Part shown: positions 1 through 13,230 of the stretch, in pieces
How positions within the stretch are numbered: the first letter of the stretch is position 1
Layout of the letters: the number at the start of each line of letters is the position of its first letter
Assembly (NCBI GenBank): GCA_038087875.1
Contig: JAXLNO010000332.1
Coordinates: forward strand, 1-64,000
Source of the DNA: Malacoraja senta
Lineage: Eukaryota
DNA length: 64,000 bases
Direction of reading: 5' to 3'
The notes under the pieces: generated by a model
Databases searched by the model: none
Told to the model about the DNA's origin: nothing
The model's input: the letters and a program-made list of their open reading frames with translations, nothing else
Made by a program: the position numbers and the translations under genes

Positions 1-2119
1 GTGGAACAGCAATGGCAGAAATTTCTGGGTATAATCCGGAAGACGCAGGATCATTTCATTCCAAAAAGGAGGAAAGATTCTAAGGGGAGAAGGAGGCAAC
101 CGTGGCTGACAAGAGAAGTTAGGGATAGAATAAAAATAAAAGAAAAGATGTATAACACAGCAAAGGGTAGCCGGAAGCCAGAGGATTGGGAAACTTTCAC
201 AGGAAAACAGAAGGAAACAAAACGGGCAATACGGGCTGAAAAGATGAAGTATGAAGGGAAGCTGGCCTGGAATATAAAAGAAGGACAGTAAAAACTTCTT
301 TAGATATGTTAAGGGAAAAAGAGTAGCAAAGTCAAATGTGGGTCCCTTGAAGGCAGACACGGGTGAAATTATTATGGGCAACAAGGAAATGGCAGAAGAG
401 TTGAATAGGTACTTCGGATCTGTCTTCACTAAAGAAGACACAAACAATGTCCCAGGTGTACTAGAGGACAGAGGATCTAAGGGGGTAGAGGAACTGAAAG
501 AAATTTTCATAAGGCGAGAAATAGTATTGAGTGGGCTAATGGGACTGAAGACCATAAATCCCCTGGGCCTGATGGTCTGCATCCCAGGGTCCTCATGGAG
601 GTGGCTCTAGAAATAGTGGACGCATTGGTGATAATTTTCCAATGTTGAATAGATTCAGGATCAGTCCCTGTGGATTGGAGGATAGATAATGTTATCCCAC
701 TTTTCAAGAAAGGAGCAAGAGAGAAAACGGGGAATTACACACAAGTTAACCTGACTTTGGTGGTGGGAAAGATGCTGGAGTCAATTATTAAGGAGGTAAT
801 AATGCGGCATTTGGATAGCAGTAAAAGGATTAGTCCAAGTCAACATGGATTTATACAAGGGAAATCATGCTTGACTAATCTTCTGGAATGTTTTGAGGAT
901 GTGACAAGTAAAATGGATGAGGAGGTGCCAGTGGATGTAGTGTATCTAGACTTTCACAAAGCCTTTGATACGGTCCCGCACGGGAGACTGGTGACTAGAA
1001 TTAGAGCACATGGTAGGGTGTTGACATGGATAGAAAATTGGTTTGCGGACCGGAAGCAAAGAGTAGGAGTGAACGGGTCATTTTCAGAATGGCAGGCAGT
1101 GGCGAGTGGAGTGCCGCAAGGCTCGGTGTTGGGGCCGCAACTGTTTATCATATATATTAATGATTTGGAAGAGGGAACTAGGAGCAACACTAGCAAGTTT
1201 GCGGAAGACACAAAGCTGGGTGGCAGTGTAAACTGTGAAGAGGATGTTAGGAGGTTGCAGGGTGATCTGGATAGGTTGAGTGAGTGGGCAGATGCGTGGC
1301 AGATGCAGTATAATATAGATAAATGTGAGGTTATCCACTTTGGCGGCAAAAAAAGGGGCACATTATTATCTCAACGGGGTTAGGTTAGGTAAGGGGGAGG
1401 TACAGCGAGACCTGGGTGTCCTTGTACACCGGTCACTGAAAGTTGGCGTGCAGGTACAGCAGGCAGTGAAGAAAACTAATGGAATGTTGGCCTTCATAAC
1501 AAGAGGATTTCAGTATAGGAGTAGAGAGGTTCTTCTGCAGTTGTATAGGGCTCTGGTGAGACAACATTTGGAGTATTGTGTACAGTTTTGGTCTCCTAAT
1601 TTGCGGAAGTACATCCTTGTGATTCAGGCACTGCAGCGTAGGTTCACGAGATTGATCCCTGGGATGGCGGGACTATCATATGAGGGAAGATTGAAAATAC
1701 TAGGCTTGTATTCACTGAAGTTTAGAAGGATGAGGGGGAATCTTATAGAAACATATAAAATTATAAAAGGACTGGACAAGCTAGATGCAGGAAAAAAGTT
1801 TCCAATGTTGGGCGAGTCCAGAACCAGGGGCCACGGTCTTAGAATAAAGGGGAGGTCATTTAAGACTGAGGTAAGGAAAAACGTTTTCACCCAGTGAGTT
1901 ACGAATTAATGGAATTCCCTGTCACAGAGGGCAGTGGAGGCGAAATCACTGGATGGATTTAAGAGAGAGTTTGATAGATCTCTAGGGGCTAGTGGAGTCA
2001 AGGGATATGGGGAGAAGGCAGGCACGGGTTATTGATAGGGGACGATCAGCCATGATCACAATGAATGGCGGTGCTGACTCGAAAGGCCGAATGGCCTCCT
2101 GCTGCCCCTATTTTCTATG
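1..2119 (+). mobile_element. CR1-clade LINE, decayed ORF2 (RT) and 3' end; runs off window start
   Basis: Frameshifted ORFs 1-291, 338-610, 670-1383, 1325-1897 with RT motifs ([51 protein letters not shown]); 3' tail ...GGCCGAATGGCCTCCT...CCTATTTTCTATG. Confidence 0.93.
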
Positions 2120-3503
2120 AGAGTAAGGTGACGTGCCTCAATGACTATCGACCAGTGGCTCTAACGCCTATGGTGATGAAGTGCTTTGAGAGGTTGATCA
2201 TGGCGCAAATCAACTCCTACCTCGACAAAAACCTCGACCGACTGCAGTTCACTTACCGCCACAACAGATCAACGGTGGATGCGATCTCGCTGGCCCTCCA
2301 TTCCGCCCTGGACCACTTGGACAACAAAAACTCATATGTCAGGCTGTTATTCATTGATTACAGCTCGGTATTTAACACAATCATTCCCTCCAAGCTGGTT
2401 ACCAAACTCGCAGAACTGGGTTTCTGCGCATCCCTCTGCAAATGGATCCTCGACTTCCTCATTCACAGACCACACTGTTCGTCTTGGTGGAAATGTCTCA
2501 GCCTCGATAACAATCAGCCCCGAAGCACCTCAAGGCTGCGTGCTCAGCCCCCTGCTGTACTCACTCTATACTCATGACTGCGTAGCCTGTCATAGTGCGA
2601 ACTCCATCATCAAATTCCCTGACGAATCCACTGTTGTGGGACATATCATTGATGGGGAGGCGTCAGAGTATAGAAGAGAGATCGAGCGACTGTCCATATG
2701 GTGCCAGCACAATAACCTGGCCCTCAACACCTAAGGAACTGATTGTGGACTTTGGAAGGAGTAGGATGGGGACCCACAGTCCGTTTATATCAACGGGTCG
2801 ATGGTTCAAAGGGTCAAGAGCTTAACATTCCTGGGCGTGCACATCCCTGAAGATCTTTCCTGGTCCAAGAACACTGATGCTATTAATAAGAAAGCACATC
2901 AGCGCCTCTACTTCCTGAGAAGATTACGGGGAGTCGGTTTATCAAGGAGGACTCTCTCTAACTTCTACATGTGCACAGTAGAGAGCATGTTGACCGGTTG
3001 CATCGTGGCTTGGTACGGCAACTTGAGCGCCCTGGAGAGAAAAAGACTACAAAAAAGTAGTAAACACTGCCCTGTCCATCATCGGCTCTGACCTCCCTTC
3101 CATCGAGGGGATCTATCACAGTCGCTGCCTCAAAAAGGCTGGCAGCATCATTAAGGACCCACATCATCCTGGCCACACACTCATCACCCTGCTACCTTCA
3201 GGTAGAAGGTACAGGAGCCTGAAGGCTGCAACGGCCAGGTTCAAGAATATCTACTTCCCCACAGCCATCAGGCTATTAAACTTGGCTCGGACAAAACTCT
3301 GAACATTAATAGCCCATTATCTGTTATTTGCACTTGATCAGTTTATTTATTCATGCGTGTATATATTTATATAATGGTATATGGACACGCTGATCTGTTT
3401 TGTAGTCAATGCCTACTATGTTCTGTTGTGCTGAAGCAAAGCAAGAATTTCATTGACCTATCAGGGACACATGACAATAAACTCTTGAATCTTGAATCTT
3501 GAA
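2120..3503 (+). mobile_element. Rex1/Babar-clade LINE, 5'-truncated
   Basis: CLNDYRPVALTPMVMKCFERL, LFIDYSSVFNTI, APQGCVLSPLLYSLYTHDC, KAHQRLYFLRRL; 3' end ATGACAATAAA followed by (CTTGAAT)n. Confidence 0.9.
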
Positions 3504-3577
3504 AAATGGTTGGCAACCGGGAGTTCCAGCAGGCCTTGGCCGACCGAGCGCAAGTGTAGGGTGAAATGCACGCCTAG

Positions 3578-4175
<598 letters not shown>

Positions 4176-4438
4176 GATACAAGGAACTGCAGATGCTGGT
4201 TTACAAAAAGAGACACAATCTCCTGGAGTAACTTGCATCTCTGGAGGGGATGGACAGGCAACATTCTAGGTCAGGACCCTTCTTCAGACTGCTTGGTGTG
4301 GGGGTGGAGAAAGCGGGAAAGGAGAGGTGGGAGTGGTCGCCTTAGATTGCCTTCCCTGTACAGATGCCGCCTGACCCACTGAGGTCCTCCACCGCTTTAG
4401 AGGGAATGGAAGGATGACGTTTTGAGTCAGGTCCCTTC

Positions 4439-5063
4439 AGGATTTGAGTATAGGAGCAGGAAGGTTCTACTGCAGTTGTACAGGGTCTTGGTGAGACCAC
4501 ACCTGGAGTATTGCGTACAGTTTTGGTCTCCTAATCTGAGGAAAGACATTCTTGCCATAGAGGGAGTACAGAGAAGGTTCACCAGACTGATTCCTGGGAT
4601 GTCAGGACTTTCATTCGAAGAAAGACTGGATAGACTCGGCTTGTACTCGCTAGAATTTAGAAGATTGAGGGGGGAATCTTATAGAAAATTACAAAACTCT
4701 TAAGGTGTTGGACAGGCTAGATGCAGGAAGATTGTTCCCGATGTTGGGGAAGTCCAGAACAAGGGGTCACAGTTTAAGGATAAGGGGGAAATCTTTTAGG
4801 ACCAAGATGAGAAAAACATTTTCACACAGACAGTGGTGAATCTCTGGAATTCTCTGCCACAGAAGGTAGTTGAGGCCAGTTCATTGGCTATATTTAAGAG
4901 GAGTCAGCTGTGGCCCTTGTGGCTAAAGGGATCAGGGGGTATAGAGAGTAGGCAGGTACAGGATACTGAGTTGGCTGATCAGCCATGATCACGTTGAATG
5001 GCGGTGCAGGCTCGAAGGGCCGAATGGCCTACTCCTGCACCTATTTTCTATGTTTCTATGTTT
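4439..5063 (+). mobile_element. CR1 LINE 3' fragment
   Basis: [31 protein letters not shown]; (TTCTATGT)n tail; absent from the paralogous flanks B and C. Confidence 0.9.
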
Positions 5064-5294
5064 AAGACTGATTGGAGAGGGTGGAGGGAGGAAGCTGGAA
5101 AGGAGAGATGGGGGCTGAACAAAGCCTGGAAAGTGATAGGTGGAAACAAAATGCTGGAGTAACAGCGGGACAGGCAGCATCTCTAGAGAGAAGGAATGGG
5201 TGGTTTCAGGTTGAGACCCTTGTTCAGAGGTGATAGATGGACATAGGTGAGGGAGACACAAGAAACTTCAGATGCAGGAATTTTGCATAGAACA

Positions 5295-5637
5295 TAATTT
5301 AGTTAGATGCACAGAATCTCTTGCCCAGAGTGAGGGAATCAACGACCAGAGGACATGGGTTCAAGGTGAAGGGGAAATTGTTTTATAGGATTTTGAGGGG
5401 CAACTTTTCAACAGTAGGTGGTGGGTGTATGGAACAAGCTGCCGGTGGAGGTAGTTGAGGCTGGGACGATTCCAACGCTTAAGAAACAGTTATTGACAGG
5501 TACATAGATAGGACAAGTTTGGAGGTATATGGACCAAATGCAGGCAGGTGGGACTAGTGTAGCCGGGACATGTTGTTCGGTGTGGGCAAGTTGGGCCGAA
5601 GGTCCTGTTTCCACACTGTACCACTCTATAACTCTAA
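5295..5637 (+). mobile_element. Old CR1/HER1-type LINE 3' fragment, shared by all three ZF cassettes
   Basis: GGTTCAAGGTGAAGGGG...GGGCCGAAGGTCCTGTTTCCACACTGTA tail; homologues at ~29740-30080 (minus) and ~40190-40496. Confidence 0.7.
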
Positions 5638-5639
5638 CA

Positions 5640-5857
5640 CGAAGTGCCGCGGTAACTCAGCAGGTCAGGCAGCATCTGTGGAGAACATGGATAGGTGACG
5701 TTTCACAGTGCTGGAGTAACTCGGCGGGTCAGGCAGCATCTGTGGAGAACATGGATAAGTGACGTTTCCCAGTGCTGGAGTAACTCAGCGGGTCAGGCAG
5801 CATCTGTGGAGAACATGGATATGGGACATTTCGGGTCAGGACCCTTCTTCAGACTGA
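5640..5857 (-). repeat. Tandem ~62-bp units of Penelope pLTR-like sequence next to a hammerhead-like motif
   Basis: Three to four copies of AGTGCTGGAGTAACTCAGCGGGTCAGGCAGCATCTGTGGAGAACATGGATAGGTGACGTTTC; minus strand reads CTGAAGAAGGGTCCTGACCCGAAATGTC at ~5825-5852. Confidence 0.75.
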
Positions 5858-6263
5858 CACTATGTTAACAGATGAGGGGGTGATCGGCAGGTGAGTGAAG
5901 TATGTGACAGAGGCGAGAGAAAATAAGGAGATAAAAGGATGTGAAATAAGGAGAGAGGAATGTATATGTGCAGCTTTAAGGGACATTGGTCAGGTAGCAT
6001 TTGGAGTATTGCATACTGTTCTTGTCACTCCATTACAGGACTGATGTGGAGGCTTTGGGGAAGGTGCAGGAAATGGTTAACCAGAATGGTTTAAAAACAA
6101 GGAACTGCAGATGCTGGTTTACAAAAAAGGACACAAAATGCTGGAGTAACTCAGCGGGACAGGCAGCATTTCTGGAGAGAAGGACTGGGTGACATTTCGG
6201 GTCGAGACTGAAGAGGGTCTCGACAAGCAACATTACCCATTCCTTCCAGCATTTTGTGTGTAA

Positions 6264-7214
6264 CTAATCAGTGCCTATCCACGTGGCGGTGTGCCAGCAG
6301 GCTGGAGGAGCGGGCAAAGGCCTTGCTACAGAACGGGCAGGAGAAGGGACGCTGGCCGGTGTGGACTCGCTGGTGCTCCAGCAGGTGATCAAGGCGGGTG
6401 AAGCCCTTCCCACAGGACGGGCAGGGGAAGGGACGCTCACCACTCTGGGTATGCCAGTGCTGCCACAGGCTGGACATGCGGGTGAAACCCTTGCCACACT
6501 CAGCGCACACAAAGGGTCTCTCTCTTGTGTGTATCTGTTGGTGCTCCCGCAGCCCCCATGCTCACTTGTCATAGTGGGAGCAGCTGCTCGCCGGCCTGGG
6601 CCCGAAGGTGCTGCCACAACCCCCGCGAGCTGTCAAACGCCTCACCACAATACGGGCAGTCGTAGAGCTGGTCACTGGTGTGCACATGCTGGTGAGACAG
6701 GGCATGCGAGGCCGTGGCAAAGCGCTCTCCACACACCGGGCAGGGGATGGGACGGTCGCCGGCGTGCACCCGCTGGTGGGACAGCAGCCTGGTGGAGCAG
6801 GTGAGGCTCTTGACGCATTGAGCGCAGGTGTAGGGACGCTCCCATGTGTGGGTGCGCTGGTGCTGCAGCAGGCTGTCAGAGCGGGTGAAGCCCTTGCCGC
6901 ACTGGGCGCAGGTGTAAGGGCGCTCGCCGGTGTGGGTGCGCTGGTGCTTCAGCAGGTTGCTGTCCCTGGTGAAGCCCTTACCGCACTGGGCGCACGTCTA
7001 GGGGCGCTCGCTGGTGTGGGTGCGCTGGTGCCTCAGCAGGTTGCTGGAGTGGGTAAACTTCTTGCCGCACTGGGCACAGGTGTATGGGCGCTCGCCGGTG
7101 TGAGTGCGCTGGTGCTTCAGCAGGTTGATGGAGCGGGTGAAACCCATGCCGCTGTCGCTGCAGGTGTAGGGCCGCTGCCTGTGCACCTCCAGGTCCTTGG
7201 AAGACTGAAACCCT
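6264..7214 (-). pseudogene. C2H2 zinc-finger gene copy A, 3' part (split by L1)
   Basis: Tandem CxxC..HxxxH-TGERPY fingers; in-frame TAG at ~6998; ends ...LLAHRHVDRH*. Confidence 0.9.
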
Positions 7215-7429
7215 GACTTCCGGTGGCGCTATGGAGGCTTGAGTCCAGTGCCAACTAGCTCCGTGCTGAAGAATCTGAAAACGGGAGAAAATTGGGTCTT
7301 ACCTGCAGCGATTGCCATCTGAACGGCTGCCTGCTGCGTGACGTCATCAGGCGCGCGACTTTGACGGTATGTCGATGCAACATACTCCCCCCCGTGTGCC
7401 AAAAAAAATCCGTTAAAGTGAAACTACCG

Positions 7430-8420
7430 ATGGAAGAGGTAGGCCTAACTGAGGCCTCGGCCTCAGGTACAATGACGGCCCAGGAAGACCCAACGAAGAA
7501 ATCAAAGCAGAAAAAGTCTGAAAATGAAGATCTTAAAACTTTTCTCGCTGTTGAAATTAAACAGATTCAACTACAGTTGAAAACCTTTGAAGCAAAATTG
7601 AATTTTAAAGAGGAACTTAACTCTTTTAAGGCAGATTTTAAAGCAGAAATGCATTCTACCGTTCAAGAAACACTGGAAGTCTGGAAGAGGTCGAGGGACG
7701 ATGAGGTCAAGGAACAGATGGAAGTGCTGGAAGCCAGGCTCGTTTCGGGGGAATCGAACGTTAATATGGAGGTGGTCCCCATTCATCAAGCACTTGATCA
7801 ACATAGAACAGCGATAACCGAACTTGAAAAATGTGCGGCGACAAGTGTGGAAACTGTAAATCGACTCCTTATTGAAAACCAACGCCTCTCCAATATGGTG
7901 ACCAAATTAAGTGATAAGTGTACCGATCTGGAGGGGCGTCAAAGACGCAAGAATTTAAGAATTGTAGGGGTGAAAGAAGGAAGTGAGAGGGATATGGGCC
8001 CTCGGGATTTTGTGGCAGACCTACTACAAAAAGCCTTAAAATTGGACCAAAAACTTCACTCGGTCGAGCACATAGAGCGCAGGGGCGTCGTACACAAGAT
8101 GATGCCCATCCAAGACAAATTATAGTAAAGGTGCAACTTGATCATGAATTTGACGAGATAATGAAGAAAATTGTCTGTAGCGGACAGCTCTATTTTGAAG
8201 GTGCGAGGTTCAGTATTTACCGAGATTATCCGGCAGAGGTCTTCAAGAAAAGAGCGCTGTTCACTGAGACAAAAAGAATACTGAAGAAGGTACCTGAATT
8301 GAGATACGGCTTGCTTTACCCCGCAAGACTGAGTCACCTACAAGCAGAAGGAGCAATTTTTTACAGACCACGAAAAAGCACTGAAATTTGCCAAAGAAAT
8401 CGAGAACGTGACCGCAGACT
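7430..8420 (+). pseudogene. L1-A ORF1 (coiled coil + RRM/CTD), frameshifted
   Basis: DLEGRQRRKNLRIVGVKEGSE, IYRDYPAEV, RYGLLYPARL. Confidence 0.88.
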
Positions 8421-9189
8421 GAAGAATTTGCATTACTCCTCAGGAGTCAAGGATTAACGGGACTTCGCCAGATTTAAAAGGACCTTTTAAGTTCTTTTAA
8501 GAGCTTTAAGGACATTCGATAACTGAAATGGACTGTGGACATTGGAGAAAACCGTGTTTTTTTATTTTTTATCTTTTTTATTTTTAGTATAAATTCTAAG
8601 AACAATAATATCATAGTTATGACCAATTGTTATTAATCACTATTATTATTTAGTATATTCATATCTAACTATATATGTAACTACTAATACTTATTAAATA
8701 TCTATATTACTACTAAAATTATTAACATTTATATTACTCATAAACATTTAATACTGGGTACGATTGATAACAATGATTAATAACTAACAGTCTCTGGTTA
8801 ACGTAGAAATGAGTTACATACTTATATTCTATAGGAATATGTGCAAGAGGTAATTCAGCCTACGTCATAATAAGGTTTGACGGTTTTTCTCTTTATTTTT
8901 CAATTTAAAATTAAATTTATATATTTAGCGAAGATATTAATACGGTATGTAGAGAATAATAACGTTGTGAATTTATGCTGTTTTTTAACTTTTCTGCAGG
9001 GATATGTGCGTATATATGCATGCATATAGGTATATATATATATATATATATGTGTATGTATGTGTGTGTGTATGTATGTTCGGAAGAGCGATGTATATTA
9101 TTTAAAATTCATCTATTTGAGGTTCGGGAGCAGGGTCAGGTTTTATGTATTGCACCTTCTGCTCGGTTATAGACCACCTTAGAAACAAT

Positions 9190-12100
9190 ATGCAAGATGT
9201 TAATATGACAAGAGGGGGTGAGGGAATAACATTTTGTAGTTGGAATGTTAAGGGAATCAATGAACCAATTAAGAGAGGTAAAGTTTTGGCACATCTAAAT
9301 TCAATCAAAACAGATATAATATTCCTTCAAGAAACACACCTTAAAAAGGAATCTCAACATAGACTTAAAGCTAAGTGGATCGCTGAATCATATCATTCCT
9401 CTTTTTCCCATAAGTCCAGAGGAGTTGGAATATTAATTCGTAAAGGAATACCTTTTACGCATTCATCAACAATAGCGGATATTGATGGTAGATATATTAT
9501 ATTAGTTGGAGAGTTAAATGGAGAAAAAGTGATTATTCTTAATGTATAAGGGCCTATTTTTGATAACCCTATGTTTTTTAATAAAACATTTAATATAATT
9601 CCTGAATTTACACAATATAAATTAATAATTGGAGGAGACTTCAATTGCACATTAGATTCATACTTAGATAGATCATCAACGCAAAAAAAGTAAAATCTCA
9701 ATCAAGTGTATTTTTAAATTCATTTATTAATACCACTAATATTATGGATGTCTGGAGAATTGAAAATCCAACTGGACGGGAATATTCATTTTACTCATCA
9801 GTACATAAAACATATTCAAGAATAGATTATTTTTTAGTTGACTCCACGTTTATCCCATTTACTTACAACTCAAAATACCATAATATTATAATCTCAGATC
9901 ACGCACCTGTAACATTCATGATTAAATTAAATGGAATGTCCGAGAAACAAACATATTGGAGATTTAACCCACAAATTTTGAACGAAAGATCATGCCAGGA
10001 ATATCTTATTAAACAGATTCAAATATTTTTTGAGGTAAATGACAACCTTGACACACCTACTTCTCTTATGTGGGAAACGTTTAAAGCGTTTGTTCGAGGT
10101 GCATTAATTTCTGCCCAAGTATTTTATAATAAAGAGAACAGGATTAAACAACAAACATTGGAAAGGGAAATCAAGCAACTAGATATAGAAAATGCGAGAA
10201 TGCCATCTATATTAAAACATAATAAAATTGCTGTGTTGAAATATAAATTAAACAAAATCTATTCAGAACAAGTAATAAAACTTTATCAAAAAACCAAACA
10301 ATTACATTTCGAGTTTGGAGACAAACCACAAAAACTATTAGCACGTCAGTTACGAAAAATGAAAGGGGAAAAAATAATTCATAAAATTAGAACAGATACA
10401 GGAGAATTATTCAAAATGCCCGAGGATATAAACGAGAGATTTCTCCAATACTATCATAATCTTTATTCAACTAAAACTGTAGTACAACCAGAAGGAATAG
10501 CAGATGTTTTACTAAAATGTAATTAAAAAGGTTTAGACTCAAACGATAGAGAATTATTAGAAGGGGATATTACGATAAAGGATATTGAAGAGTCTATTGG
10601 TTCTTTAAAAAATGGTAAAGCAGTAGGACCAGATGGTTCAGGCTCTGAATTCTATAAAAAAATTATGACTTGCTCTCCCCACGTTTACAAAGGCTGTATG
10701 AGCATATCTATACTCAACAGTAACTTCCAGATACTTTAAATGAATCTATAATAACACTTATTCCTAAAGTTGATAAAGATCCGGAAGATCCGGGATCATA
10801 TAGAGCAATTGCACTTTTAAATACAGAGCAGAAAATATTAACTAAAATAATAGCGCATAGATTAAGTACAGTGATGAATAAATTAATACACCCTGACCAA
10901 ACAGGCATTATTCAGAAACGATACTCATATCATAATCTAAGAAGATTATTTAATATTATATATTCTAAGAGAATTATTAATGATCTAGCAATAATCTCAC
11001 TTGACGCTGAAAAAGCTTTTGATCAGGTTGAATGGTCCTATTGATTTTCGGTGATGGAAAAAATGCAGCTAGGGGAGAAATTCTGCACATGGATAAAACT
11101 GTTATATACAAACCCTACGGCTAGAATATTAACAAACCAAAGGTTGTCATCTAAATTCAGCCTATCTAGAGGTTGTAGACAAGGATGCCCGTTGTCTCCA
11201 TTATTATTTGCGCTTGCTATTGAGCCACTCGCAGAAAGAGTTAGGGGTAATCCGGAAATATATGGGTATAACACAAATGATACAGTGAATACAATTTCTC
11301 TATACGCAGATGATGTACTAATTTACATTACAAAACCAGAAATTAGTATTCCAAACTTATTAAAGCTAATAACCCAATTTGGTTCACTCTCAGGATACAG
11401 AATAAATTGGAATAAAAGTGAAATTATGCCAATAAGGGAACACAACAAACATATAATACAACAATTTCCATTTAAAATAGTAAACGAAAAATTCAAATAC
11501 CTAGGCATTTACATAACATCATTATTTAAAGCAAATTTTCCCCCATTACTGAACAAACTACATAAGAATATTCAATATTGGAAAACACTTCCTATCTCAA
11601 TGGTTGGCAAGATTAATGCCATAAAAATGATTTTTTTACCGCAAATATTATACCTTTTTCAGACAATTCCGATATATTTGTCAAAAAACATTAAAAAAAA
11701 ATTGGATTCCATTGTTAATGATTTTATCTGGGATTATAAGAATCATAGGATAAACAAAAGGCATTTGTGTAAATCAAAGATAAATGGAGGCTTGGTTTTA
11801 CCAAACTTTCTGTTTTATTTTTGGGCAGTTAATATTAAAAATATGAATTTCTGGTTGGAAGAAATAGATCAACAACCAGATTGGGTAAAAATGGAAAAGG
11901 AAGATTGTTTACCTTTTGATATCGGCTCGATATTATTTGCTACGTCTCAATTAAACAAAAAAATGTATATGGAAAACCCTATAATATTTAGTGCTATACG
12001 AATTTGGAAACAATTAAAAAATACATTAAAATTAGATAATTTATCACTTTTTCTTCCAATTGTGAATAACCATTTGTTTAAGCCCTCATGGTTTGACAGG

Positions 12101-12933
12101 GGTTTTACACAACGGAAGAATTATGGAATTAAAAATATGGGACAACTTTACAAGGAAGGCACTTTTCTTACATTTCAGGAGTTGCAACAGACTTATGGAC
12201 TTCGAGGAAATGATTTTTTCAGATATCTTCAACTCAGAGATTATGTAAAATCGAATACTCAAAATTTTCGAATTAGAAATTCAGAAATTCTTGATGAATG
12301 TTGGAATAAACATCCTAATACAGAAAAATTAATATCTTATATATATAATATTTTATTAGACAGTGACATTCCATCGACGGACTTACACAGACAAACATGG
12401 GAAAAAGAATTAAATCAAATAATAACGAAAGATACTTGGGAAGAAAGTTTACAACACATATATCAATGTTCATTAAATGCCAGACATTCTTTAATACAAT
12501 TTAAAGTAATACATAGGTTACATTATTCAAAAACAAAATTACATAAAATCTTTCAACATATCTCACCTATATGTGATAAATGTCAACATTTAGAAGCTAA
12601 CTTATCTCATATATCTAAAGTGACCAGCTCACAATTGGACCCGGATCCACAATTAATAATACTCGGAACATTAGAATTAAATCAAACATTTACAACAACA
12701 CAAAGAAACTTTATTGATTATAGTATAATAACGGGAAAAAATTAATTCTAAAATTTTGGAAAGGCCCTATAACCCCCACAATGAAAATGTGGATTATAGA
12801 AATGACGGAGACCTTAAACATGGAAAGAATCAGATTTTCCCTGTTGGACAAACAGGAATTATTCGTTGGAACATGGTCTCCCTTTATTGATTATTTAAAG
12901 GGTCAGAATGGTTCAGCACAGGAACCTGACTAA
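9190..12933 (+). pseudogene. L1-A ORF2 (APE endonuclease + RT), several stops and frameshifts
   Basis: SWNVKG, FLQETH, YSRIDYF, SDHAP, RQGCPLSPLLF, SLYADD, C-terminal CDKC. Confidence 0.92.
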
Positions 12934-13230
12934 CACTCGGGCTAAAGAATGGATGAAATGTACGAATATATCTCGAACGAAGTTTTTTATCTTAATACAT
13001 TTTTCCAATCTTCTTTAACTATCTTTTTCTTTTCTGTTTTTTTTTTCTTTCTCTCTCTTTTCTTCTCTCTCTTTTCTTTCTTTACTTCATCTATCTTTTT
13101 AGTTCTATCTAGTTTAAAAAAAACAAAAAACAAAAAAAGGCAAAAGGTATTGGAGACAATGTAATAATAATTGACAATATTATCAATTTAAAAATGCAAG
13201 ACTGGTAATGATGTTAATATGTTATGTACT

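Noticed and set aside
7199..7214. Sequence-specific (Tx1-like) targeting by the L1s
   Set aside because: The four target sites share no sequence.
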